NCBI GenBank assembly: GCA_963809485.1
Contig: CAWEJX010000006.1
Coordinates: forward strand, 96,001-160,000
Direction of reading: 5' to 3'
DNA length: 64,000 nt
DNA from: an uncultured Acidobacteriota bacterium
GTDB taxonomy: Bacteria > Acidobacteriota > UBA6911
The translations under genes and the position numbers were made by a program. Of the stretch, positions 50,373 through 59,700 are shown in pieces (the stretch's first letter is position 1; the number at the start of each line of letters is the position of its first letter). The notes beneath the pieces were generated by a model. That model was not told the DNA's origin. It saw only the letters and a program-made list of their open reading frames with translations, and searched no databases.

Positions 50373-51227
50373 TTAACGTTTAACGAGCTGCTGCAGCGAT
50401 GCGGACCACTTCTGTTCGCGGCCGTTCAACCTGACGGTGCCGTCGATTGCGTGTCCGTTCGCGCGGCCGGCATATTCGATATCGCCTCCGGCGAAGCTGA
50501 TCCGGTCACCCTCGAGTTTCAGCGCATTGAGCGGGCGCTCTTTGCCGTCGACCTTCAGCGTCCCTTTGAGGTTCTGGAATTCCTGCGTGAGGCTGAGTTC
50601 CGCTTTCCCGGATTCGTCCTGCCATTTCCAAACGCCCTCAACCTTGGCAGGAACAATCCAGAGATAAGCCGTGCGATACTCCTTTTCCACCGTCTGGTCC
50701 GCGCCCCATTCACCCATGGTGAAGGCATGGGATACGATGCGTGTGCCGGGCTTCAGGTCCAGAATGATGGGCCGCAGTTTGAGGTTCAGATGGGGCAGGA
50801 GATACATTGTGATCACGGTTGCCCGGCTGAAGTCGCTTTCGAAAATATCTGCGTTTACGAAGCTGGCTTTGTCGGAGACGCCGGCTTTTTCCGCATTTTT
50901 TTTCGAAAGAGCCACCATGTCCGGATTGAATTCGAATCCGATGGCGCGAATGCCCCGTTTTGCAGCAGCAATCACGATGCGCCCGTCACCCGAGCCCAGA
51001 TCCATCAGGAAATCATCGGTGGTAACCTTGGCCATGTCGAGCATGGCTTCGACCAGATAATCCGGCGTCGGCACCCAGATGACATCCTTGCCTTCCTGCC
51101 CGACGCTCGGCTCATATTCCTTCGCCGGTTCCTGGGCCCCGCCGATGCCCGGAGCCGCAACGCACAACAGCAGTACAGCTAATGCAAAGAAGACAACCCG
51201 ATTGGCAATTTCCATATTCAGCTCCAT
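50373..51227 (-). CDS. class I SAM-dependent methyltransferase with a signal peptide
   Basis: Hydrophobic N-terminus, DVIWVPTP, DLGSGDGRIV, TMYLL, RIVSHAF; C-terminal beta domain. Confidence 0.85.
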   Translation of the reverse strand: MELNMEIANRVVFFALAVLLLCVAAPGIGGAQEPAKEYEPSVGQEGKDVIWVPTPDYLVEAMLDMAKVTTDDFLMDLGSGDGRIVIAAAKRGIRAIGFEFNPDMVALSKKNAEKAGVSDKASFVNADIFESDFSRATVITMYLLPHLNLKLRPIILDLKPGTRIVSHAFTMGEWGADQTVEKEYRTAYLWIVPAKVEGVWKWQDESGKAELSLTQEFQNLKGTLKVDGKERPLNALKLEGDRISFAGGDIEYAGRANGHAIDGTVRLNGREQKWSASLQQLVKR

Positions 51228-51235
51228 AAGGCAGC

Positions 51236-51357
51236 GATTAGAGATTAGGGATTAGGGATTAGAATCTCAAGTCTTTGGCAATTTTACGTATAAACGTTTA
51301 TCAGCCAAAGGGGCATCCTAATCCGTATGCCTACTAATCCCTAATCCCTAATCCCTG
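51236..51357. repeat. inverted arrays of the GGGATTA/TAATCCC heptamer
   Basis: GATTAGAGATTAGGGATTAGGGATTAG ... CTAATCCCTAATCCCTAATCCC. Confidence 0.75.
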
Positions 51358-51360
51358 CAT

Positions 51361-51900
51361 TTAACAGCGCGATGCGATCCAGCCGCTGCCGCAGAGGGAG
51401 AAGCATTCGCCGCAGGCTCTGCAGGACAGCTCCGAGCCTTCGACAAGCTCCGGGTGGCGGTCGATGCCGCGGCCCTTGAAGTAGATCCTGTTTGCTTTCT
51501 TGACCTCGGAACAGTATCGCAGGCAAAGCCCGCAGAGACTGCAGTCCGTCATGCCGGTTTTGAAGCGGGAGGACGTGACGCCATATTCTTCGGCGTAAGG
51601 CTGCCAGGAGGGCCAGAGGAGTTCAATAAGCATGCGCCGGATGCGTTTGACTTTCTCGGTGCTGGTTTGGACGCGCAGGCCTTCCTCTACGGGGTAGACA
51701 CAGGAGGCGACCAGCCGTTTGCGGCCGCGCTGCGTCTCGATTTCGACCATGCACATCCGGCATCCGCCGTAAGCTTCCAGCCTTTTGTCGTCGCACAGCG
51801 TCGGTATTCTTATGCCCATGGACCTGGCCGCCTCAAGGACGGTTGTTCCCTGCCCGACTGTAACTTTCCGGCCATCAACTTCCAGATTTACGTTTTCCAT
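51361..51900 (-). CDS. BamI/HoxU-like Fe-S subunit (2Fe-2S plus 2[4Fe-4S])
   Basis: IPTLC..GGCRMC..SC, CSLCGLCLRYC.EVKK, CRACGECFSLC. Confidence 0.88.
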   Translation of the reverse strand: MENVNLEVDGRKVTVGQGTTVLEAARSMGIRIPTLCDDKRLEAYGGCRMCMVEIETQRGRKRLVASCVYPVEEGLRVQTSTEKVKRIRRMLIELLWPSWQPYAEEYGVTSSRFKTGMTDCSLCGLCLRYCSEVKKANRIYFKGRGIDRHPELVEGSELSCRACGECFSLCGSGWIASRC

Positions 51901-51912
51901 AAAGACCTCGCA

Positions 51913-53832
51913 CTACGCTTTGGATTCAAGCAGGGTCGCTGTCCCCGCGGGTTGTTTCTGAAGGGTGTATGCAGGCACTTTGATCACTGCACTGAACTTT
52001 TCCGGGCAGGCCGAGAAGCATGCGCCGCACTTAATGCATTTTTCCTGGATAATCGTGAAAACCTTGTCCTCGGATTTGTCCACGGCGTTCACCGGGCAGT
52101 TCCGCAGGCAGGCGCCGCAGGCTTCGCATTTTTCCTGGTCGATCAGGTAGGCGATGAGCGCGGAGCAGACTCCGGCGGAGCAGCGTTTCTCTTTGATGTG
52201 CTCCTCGTATTCCTGGCGGAAATATTTCAGGGTGCTTTGAACCGGGAAGGGAGCGGACTGCCCCAAAGCGCAAAGAGAGGCGGCTTCCATAAACTCGGAG
52301 AGTTCCTCAAGCAGTTCGAGATCTCCGTCCTTCCCCTGGCCGGAGGTGATGTTGTTGAGGATGGTGAGCATCTGCCGAAGCCCCTCGCGGCAGGGGATGC
52401 ACTTCCCGCACGATTCATGAGCGAGGAAATTGGTGTAATAGCGCGCCGTGTCCACCATGCAGGTGTTTTCATCCATAACGATCATTCCGCCGGACCCCAT
52501 CATCGAGCCGACTTTGGTGAGTTCGTCGAAATCGACCGGCAGATCGAGCAGGGATTCAGGAATAACTCCGCCCGAGGGCCCGCCGGTCTGCACCGCCTTG
52601 AATTTCTTTCCCTTGGGCACTCCGCCGCCAATCTTAAAGATGATGTCGCGCAGGGTGATGCCCATGGGCACTTCCACGAGGCCGGTATTTTTAACTTTGC
52701 CGACCAGTGAAAATATCTTGGTTCCCTTGCTTCCCTCGGTCCCCATGCTGCCGAACCACGCGGCGCCCCGGTTTATGATGTGGGGAACGTTGGCCCAGGT
52801 CTCGACATTGTTCAGGCACGAAGGCTTGCCCCAGATGCCTTTTTCGGACGTATGGATGTATTTAGGGCGGGGTTCGCCGACATGCCCCTCGATGGCGCTC
52901 ATCAGAGCGCTGGATTCTCCGGACACGAAGGCGCCCGCGCCGCGGTGTATCTTTACGTCGAAGGAAAAGCCGGACCCGAGGATGTTCTTGCCCAGCAGGC
53001 CGTATTCCCGCGCCTGGTCCAGGGCCTTCACGGCATGCTTGCGCGCAAGCGGGTATTCCTGGCGCACGTAGATGAAGCCTTCCGAAGCGCCGATTGCATA
53101 GGCGCCCAGGATCAGGCCTTCCAGGACGCTGTGCGGATTGCCTTCGAGGATGCTGCGGTCCATGTAGGCGCCGGGATCCCCTTCGTCGGCATTGACGATG
53201 ACGTATTTGGGCTCGCCGTGCGCGTTGCGGGTTGTTTCCCATTTTCTGCCGGCCGGGAATCCACCGCCGCCGCGGCCGCGCAGGTTGGCGGCTTTGACCT
53301 CGTTGAGCACGGCTTCGGGCGTCATGCCGGTAAGAGCTTTGGCCAGGGCGGAATACCCTCCGACGGCGATGTAGTCCAGAATGCTGGAAGGATCGATCCG
53401 CACGTTGTTTTCGAGCAGAATCCTTTTCTGATACTTGTAGAACGGGATCTCGTCGAGATGCGCAAGGCGCTTGCCGCTTTCGTCGTCGAGGTACAGAAGG
53501 CGATCGACGGCCCCACTGCCGGCAACCAGATTGTCGATGATTGCGGGCACGTTCTTGGGCTGGGCTCCGAGGTAGCAGGCGTCCGAAGGCTGAATCACTA
53601 CCAGGGGGCCGCGTTCGCAGAATCCGTGACACCCGGTCCGGCGGACGCCAACCTGATTGCCGATTCCGCGCTTCTCGATCTCCTCTTCGAGAGAATCGGC
53701 AAGGATATCGGCTCCATAGGCGCGGCAGCCGGTTCCCGAGCAGACTGCCAGCCAGGTTTGCCTGCCGGTGCGCTGTGCTTTGATTTCTTCCCTGAGCCTT
53801 TCCAGATCCGCTGCGGTTTCTATGCGAGACAT
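51913..53832 (-). CDS. BamH/HydB-like flavin subunit (full-length NuoF with N-terminal 2Fe-2S and C-terminal 2[4Fe-4S])
   Basis: CSGTGC..GCHGFC, NADEGDPGAYMDR, GAGAFVSGESS, SCGKCIPCR, CEACGAC..CP, CIKCGAC..CP. Confidence 0.92.
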   Translation of the reverse strand: MSRIETAADLERLREEIKAQRTGRQTWLAVCSGTGCRAYGADILADSLEEEIEKRGIGNQVGVRRTGCHGFCERGPLVVIQPSDACYLGAQPKNVPAIIDNLVAGSGAVDRLLYLDDESGKRLAHLDEIPFYKYQKRILLENNVRIDPSSILDYIAVGGYSALAKALTGMTPEAVLNEVKAANLRGRGGGGFPAGRKWETTRNAHGEPKYVIVNADEGDPGAYMDRSILEGNPHSVLEGLILGAYAIGASEGFIYVRQEYPLARKHAVKALDQAREYGLLGKNILGSGFSFDVKIHRGAGAFVSGESSALMSAIEGHVGEPRPKYIHTSEKGIWGKPSCLNNVETWANVPHIINRGAAWFGSMGTEGSKGTKIFSLVGKVKNTGLVEVPMGITLRDIIFKIGGGVPKGKKFKAVQTGGPSGGVIPESLLDLPVDFDELTKVGSMMGSGGMIVMDENTCMVDTARYYTNFLAHESCGKCIPCREGLRQMLTILNNITSGQGKDGDLELLEELSEFMEAASLCALGQSAPFPVQSTLKYFRQEYEEHIKEKRCSAGVCSALIAYLIDQEKCEACGACLRNCPVNAVDKSEDKVFTIIQEKCIKCGACFSACPEKFSAVIKVPAYTLQKQPAGTATLLESKA

Positions 53833-54938
53833 TCTTGCGCCTCCTCTTTCTCCAGTGACTTGACGATTTTCTCGAGTTTGCTGCGCGACGGATCATGGTG
53901 GTACTGGGCGTCGATCTGAACCACCGGCGCCAGGGCGCAACACCCCAGGCAGTGGACGGTCTCGAGAGTGAATTCCTGCCGGCTGTCGGTCTGGCCCGGT
54001 TGAATGCCAAGCAAGGCTGAAACACGGATCAGCGTCTCCGATGCCCCGCGCACGTGACAGGCCGTCCCTGTGCAGACCTGGATGGTATGACGGCCGCGCG
54101 GTTCGAGGCTGAAGGCTTCGTAGAAGTTGGCGATTATGTAGATTTCCCGGAGGGGGATGTTGAGCCTGCCCGAGATCCAGCTGAGGATGTGGCGCGGCAG
54201 CCACCGGAAACGTTCCTGAACATCCAGAAGCACCTGGATGAGAGCGTTCTTCTGGAAATCATATTTGCGCATGATTGTGTCCGCGGCCAGCAGCTCATCG
54301 CGTATATCCAGTATTGCCCGCTCTTTCTTTTTGATCTGGCCCAGGCTTGCGGCATGATACTTGGCTTCGCTCTCGAGGTAAGCGAGTTCATCGAGCAGCT
54401 GCCGTTTTTCCATGCCCATTGAATAGGCTCCCCCAAGAACATCCAAGCCCTGCAGCAGCAGGTCGTACTTGTCGGATGCATGAGGCTCCGTCCCGGCGCC
54501 CGATTTCGATGCACTGGCCTCCTTGCGCAGGATGCTGAGGCTCAAGGCCCGGCGCACAGTCTCCAGAAGCTTTTCAGGATCGATGGGTTTGGTCAGAAAA
54601 TCGAAGGCTCCGAGTTTCATGGACTCGACAGCGGAATCCACCGTGGCGTGACCGGTGACGACGATCGGCACGGCTGTCGGCTCCGCTTTCACGATCAGGC
54701 CAAGCAGTTCGAGGCCGGGCAGGCCCGAAATTTTGAGATCGAGTAGCACCACCCCGGGGTGTGCCGAGCCCGCCATTTGAATACCCAGAGGCCCGTTGTT
54801 GGCCACGGCGGTCCGGTATCCGCCTCTCTCGAGAGTCTGACTGCAGGCCTCAGTGAAAATCTCTTCATCATCTATTATGAGTATGTCGAGCGGAGGTTTC
54901 ACAGGCCGCTCTTGATCAATTTTTTTATTTGCATCCAT
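53820..54938 (-). CDS. response-regulator receiver domain fused to a NuoE/BamG (2Fe-2S) subunit
   Basis: IIDDE, LLDLK, VTGH, TKP receiver motifs, then WLP, NFYEAFSL, CTGTAC, CLGCCALAP. Confidence 0.9.
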   Translation of the reverse strand: MDANKKIDQERPVKPPLDILIIDDEEIFTEACSQTLERGGYRTAVANNGPLGIQMAGSAHPGVVLLDLKISGLPGLELLGLIVKAEPTAVPIVVTGHATVDSAVESMKLGAFDFLTKPIDPEKLLETVRRALSLSILRKEASASKSGAGTEPHASDKYDLLLQGLDVLGGAYSMGMEKRQLLDELAYLESEAKYHAASLGQIKKKERAILDIRDELLAADTIMRKYDFQKNALIQVLLDVQERFRWLPRHILSWISGRLNIPLREIYIIANFYEAFSLEPRGRHTIQVCTGTACHVRGASETLIRVSALLGIQPGQTDSRQEFTLETVHCLGCCALAPVVQIDAQYHHDPSRSKLEKIVKSLEKEEAQECLA

Positions 54939-55037
54939 AGGCAACCTCAAGGTTAGACAAGACGCTATTTCTTTGATTGCGCGAGGCGAAGTTTATTCAA
55001 CCATATCGCCAGGCGGCAAATTCGCCCCTGCTATATT

Positions 55038-55054
55038 AGCAAAAATTGGCCCAA
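55038..55054 (-). promoter_or_regulatory. possible sigma54 (-24/-12) promoter of the REC-NuoE operon
   Basis: TTGG-gccaattttt-GCT (GG-N10-GC) about 100 nt upstream of the start, beside an AT-rich tract. Confidence 0.35.
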
Positions 55055-55486
55055 TATCCGAAATCTTGTTTTTAGAGCTTGTGTTAATCTTTGTAATATA
55101 TTGAGAATAAAATACATATCTTCTTAAGAAATCCTCCACGAAAGGCCTAATTTTTCTGTTCCAATTTCACAACTGGCACTTTTTGTACCATTGCCCGGTT
55201 TTTGCGATTCGGATTGTTTTGAACTGCCTGGTTATCAGGCAAGCCGCAGCTTTCGGCCTGCGGCCAGGGAAAAATTGTCGAAGGATCTGCAGAGTCGTTT
55301 CTGCCGGAGAGGCTTTACATTTTGTTAAAAAAAACTTGACAAATATGTTAAGTCGCACAAAAATGCCATCAACTAATCCATTGATAGATGTGCAGTTCAT
55401 TGTTCCTATGGATTTCGGGGTATTCGCCCGGCCTGGAGCACATAAATCAATTTATGATTTAATCATTTTTCTTTTGCCAAGGGCCT

Positions 55487-55813
55487 ATGACATACAACCA
55501 GCGTGTGCTTTTGAAGGAACTGGATGCATTGATCGCCAACACCCCTAGCATTCATCTGTCGGAAATTGCGCGCACGCTTGGGGTTGACCGACACACAATC
55601 GAAAATGCCATGCGTAACACGCGGCACACTTCTTTTCGCGAATACCGGCGCACGGAACTGCTGCATATGGCCCGAGTGATGCTGGATCGGCCGAACATAT
55701 CGGTGAAGGAAGTGGGAATCAGGTTGGGATACTCATCGCCGGCATCCTTCTCGCGTTTTGTGCAGCAATCCACCGGTAAAAGTCCAAGCCAACTCAGGAA
55801 ATACGAGCTATAA
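55487..55813 (+). CDS. stand-alone AraC-family HTH regulator
   Basis: LSEIARTLGV, SFREYRR, SVKEVGIRLGYSSPASFSRF...GKSPSQLR. Confidence 0.85.
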   Translation: MTYNQRVLLKELDALIANTPSIHLSEIARTLGVDRHTIENAMRNTRHTSFREYRRTELLHMARVMLDRPNISVKEVGIRLGYSSPASFSRFVQQSTGKSPSQLRKYEL

Positions 55814-55998
55814 CCGTGCCTCCGAAGGCCTGAGCCCGCATCTCCTGAAGGGTGGCTCTTGTCTCAATGTCCGCCAATTCCGGAATTACCTGCAAGCCAA
55901 TTCTTATTATGCAGAAAGCAACCCCCTAATTCTCTGCGCTCTCAAAAAACGAAATGATGAGAAAACCCGGCATAGTGCGGGTTCTCGATTGTGGATGC

Positions 55999-56041
55999 GA
56001 TAAAAAGCAGCCACATATGATAAAAAGCAGCCACATATGAT
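55999..56041. repeat. perfect 20-bp tandem duplication
   Basis: TAAAAAGCAGCCACATATGA x2. Confidence 0.8.
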
Positions 56042-56079
56042 GTGTGTCCACTAGAATCAAAAGCCCATCATTTAATTCC

Positions 56080-56324
56080 TGATTCTATTGGTAAACTCCC
56101 GGCTCTGCCGGGGGACTCATAGAGTTTGACAGCTCCGTATTTTGAAACGCTGAGATACGCTGAAAAAAGCGCTGGCAAACGCCGATTTGTTCGGCGAGGG
56201 TTGGCGAGCAAAGGCCTCATCGGCTTTTGCCCGCGTAGGTCAGCGTTCAAGACCATCGTAACACCTACAACCGCTTTGAGCGGTTCCAATCCTTCAAGCC
56301 TCCGGCTTTGCCGGAGGTGCCTGA
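56080..56324 (+). mobile_element. non-autonomous palindromic element with IS200/IS605-like ends, copy 5
   Basis: Same ends; the internal hairpin is collapsed to GCAAAGGCCTCATCGGCTTTTGC. Confidence 0.75.
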
Positions 56325-56539
56325 TTGGCCAATTCTGCAAAATAATTTCACATTTAGCTAAATGATAGGCTATAATGCGCCTCTTATGCTTAGTATTTAG
56401 CCTGAAAGATAATTAAATGCTCTTGAATCTATTTTGCCGTCTGGCAATATTTTTGGTCGGTAAGGATTAAAAATGTTTAAGACTTGCCGCCGAAGGCTTG
56501 GGTTGGAAGGACGAGTGGAGGGGCTCTCCTTCATAGGGC

Positions 56540-56768
56540 TCGGATTCGGAGGCGCGTCAGGAAATTTCAATTCAGGAGACAGGGAATTCCATGAAGCGGG
56601 AAGGCTCGTCCAATCTCCCGCACATTTATCCATTCCTGGCACACGCCAGTTATGTCATTTGGTTGAAGTTGAAGAAGCAGAAGAATTCGGAATCGCGGGC
56701 ATCATTGAACCTGGCGAATGCAAGCCTGTGGTTTCTTCCTAAGTCAGATCAAGGGAGGAAGTTCTGTT
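56540..56768 (+). ncRNA. candidate structured cis-regulatory leader of TonB receptor 1
   Basis: Hairpin blocks shared with the leader of receptor 2, with covariation; TATAAT at 56371. Confidence 0.5.
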
Positions 56769-59700
56769 ATGAATAAGTATCTAGTCGGGGCGGTTCTTTT
56801 GTGCCTTATGCTTACCGCGCCGGCGTTCAGTCAAAGCAACTCCAGCCTGAGCGGAACGGTTGCGGATGCCACCGGCGGTGTGCTGCCCGGTGTAGCCGTC
56901 ACGGCGACAAACAACGCGACGGGAGTCGCGACGCCTACCGTAACCAACGCAGCGGGCGTGTACAATTTCGCCAGCCTCCCGCCGGGAACCTACAAGGTCA
57001 CCGCGGAGCTGGCCGGTTTCCAGACGCAGACCTTCACGGACGTCCAGCTCAGGGCGGCCACCCAGGTCCGCCTGAATTTCACCCTGCAGGTGCGAAAATT
57101 GGAGCAGCAGGTTGAAGTGTCCATCTCAACGGAAAGACTTTTGCTGGAATCGAGTTCGTCGGTAGGACTGGCTCTTCCGGAAAAGACCGTGAACGAGCTG
57201 CCCCTGGTCAACAACAACGTGCTCGACCTCATCAAAGTCATGGGCGGAACAGTGCTGACGGACCAGAATCCCGTATTTGCCGCAGATACGACGGTTATGG
57301 CGGGCGTATCGGCCGGGAACATCAACCTGCAGCGCGATGGCGTGACGGTGAACGACGTCCGGTATTCGACCGGACTGAATTCGCCCCTGCGCCTCAACAA
57401 CGAAATGGTCGGCGAATTCAAGGTACTCCTTTCGCCTGTGGACGCCGAAGTTGGCCGAGGTGCCGGTCAGGTGCAGATCCTGTCGAAATCGGGCGGCAAC
57501 GCCTATCACGGCGGGGTGGTCTGGAGCGTCCAGAACTCGGCCCTGGACTCCAACGAGTATCACTACAACCGGACCGGGACGCAGCCCAACTGGCGCAACA
57601 TGAACGAATACACGGCCAGTGTCGGCGGCCCGATCATCAAGAACAAGACTTTTTTCTTCGTGATGTGGAACCAGCAGATCTCGCGGCAGCGCCAGAATGT
57701 CAACCCGATCGTTCTGACGCCGTGTGCCCGGAAAGGCATTTTCCGTTGGTATGACAACTGGATGAGCACCAACATCCTGGGTTCGGAAAGCACCACCGGC
57801 ATCACACCGACGCGCAGAGCCGTCGATGCCGAGGGCAATCCGATCGCGCCTGCGACAAATCCCGACGGGACAGCTTTCACGGGCAGGCTACACCATGGGT
57901 ATGTATTCGGCCAGCTGCTCAAGGAGCCCACGACCAACGACTGCTCCGATTTCAATGCGGCCACGGATGTAATACCGGGAACTCCGTACGATTTTTACCG
58001 GACTGGGCTCGACACCACCGGGTTCGTCTCGCGGTTCACCGAAATCATGCCGGTGACTAACAACTACGAGGTTGGCGACGGCCTGAATACCGGCGGCCAC
58101 AAGTGGCTGCTGCGGCTCAAAGGCGGGGACAACATTTTGGGTCTGGGCGAGGACAACCTGCGCAAGCAGATCAACGTCAAGGTCGACCACAATTTCAACG
58201 ACCGGCACCGCATCAGCGGGAGCTTTTCGTATGAGAAGTCGACGGCCGACGACAGCTTCCCGTCCTGGCCGAACGGCTACGGCGGATTTATTCAGCGGAA
58301 ACCGAAGTATGTTTCCGTACAGTTGACTTCCACGCTGAAGCCAACGCTGCTCAACGAATTCCGGTTCGGGATGTCGCGCACCGACAGTATGACCTACGAC
58401 GCCATTTTCAATCCGACGACGGGGTCCGACATGGTGGCTCTGATGCAGAGTCTCTATGACACCGACACATACCTGGCCGGCTCCGCCTACAAGGGGCTGC
58501 CCCTGCACGTCAACCCGGGCTCCGGGAACATGGGTTTCCACACCGATGTATTCAGCACCTTTGCATTTTTCAGCGGCACCCCTCAGAGCAACCCGGTAGG
58601 CAGCCGCGGCAACCTGCCTGTGCCGTTCGGCGGCTATGATCCGCGGTGGACTTACTCGGACACGCTCACGTGGACGAACGGAAGGCATTCGTTCAAATGG
58701 GGCGGCGAGCTGCGCATGTCCAAGTCCTACCAGGACCGGCAGGGCACGGGGCGGTTCTTCAATGACGCCAACGTATACACTTCGGTTGTCGGCGGCTCCA
58801 CTTCAAACTCCCAGATTTATGGAATCAGCGGCTTTGCCCCGGGATTGACCGGGCTGATAGGGTTCGCTCCCTATTTTGGCAGCTCGAACAGCATGGCGAA
58901 CCTCCTGAACTACTTCTCGGGATCGGTTGCCAATCTTCGCAACTACGTATATGTCAACTCCCCGACGGCGTTGAACTGGAGCGACTTCACCAAGGGCGAG
59001 CAAAACCAGATCTTCGACATCCGAATGAAGGAATGGGACATTTTCTTCAAGGACGACTGGAAGGTTACGGATGATCTCACTTTGAACCTTGGGGTACGCT
59101 ACGAATACTATGGCGTGCCTTATGTAGAGTCAGGTATGGCAGTCGGCCTCGAGGGCGGGCCCTCCTCGATATTCGGAATATCGGGAGGCGGTTTCGACAA
59201 CTGGCTGAGCGGAAATATCGACTCCACGGGTTCGCTGACGAAACAGACCTTCGTCGGGCCGAATTCGCCGAATCCGAGCCAGCAGGTCTACAAGGACGAC
59301 TGGAACAACATCGGACCGGCGGTGGGTTTTGCCTGGCAGCTTCCCTGGGGTGGAAAGGGCAAGACCACCCTGCGCGGCGGCTACCAGATCAGCTACATGC
59401 CGATCTCGCGCGCGGACGGCTTCGCGAACGTTATCGCGAATACCATCGGCACGAGCTACACCAACGTCTACAGCGGGGACAGCAGCACGCCTTACATGAA
59501 CTTTGCGATGCTGCCGAACCTGGTGCCGACCCAGATTCCCTCCGATGCGGTACCTCTTCAGATGATTCCGATCACGCAGAGAACCCAGGCTTACACCGTG
59601 TATGACGACAATCTGCGGAATCCGTATGTACAGAACCTGACGCTGGCCTTGGTGCGCAACATCGGATCCAACCTGACGGTGGACATGCGCTATATCGGTA

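Noticed and set aside
2326-56324. Repeats as a CRISPR array
   Set aside because: Copies are dispersed, over 100 bp long and lack regular spacers; no cas genes in the window
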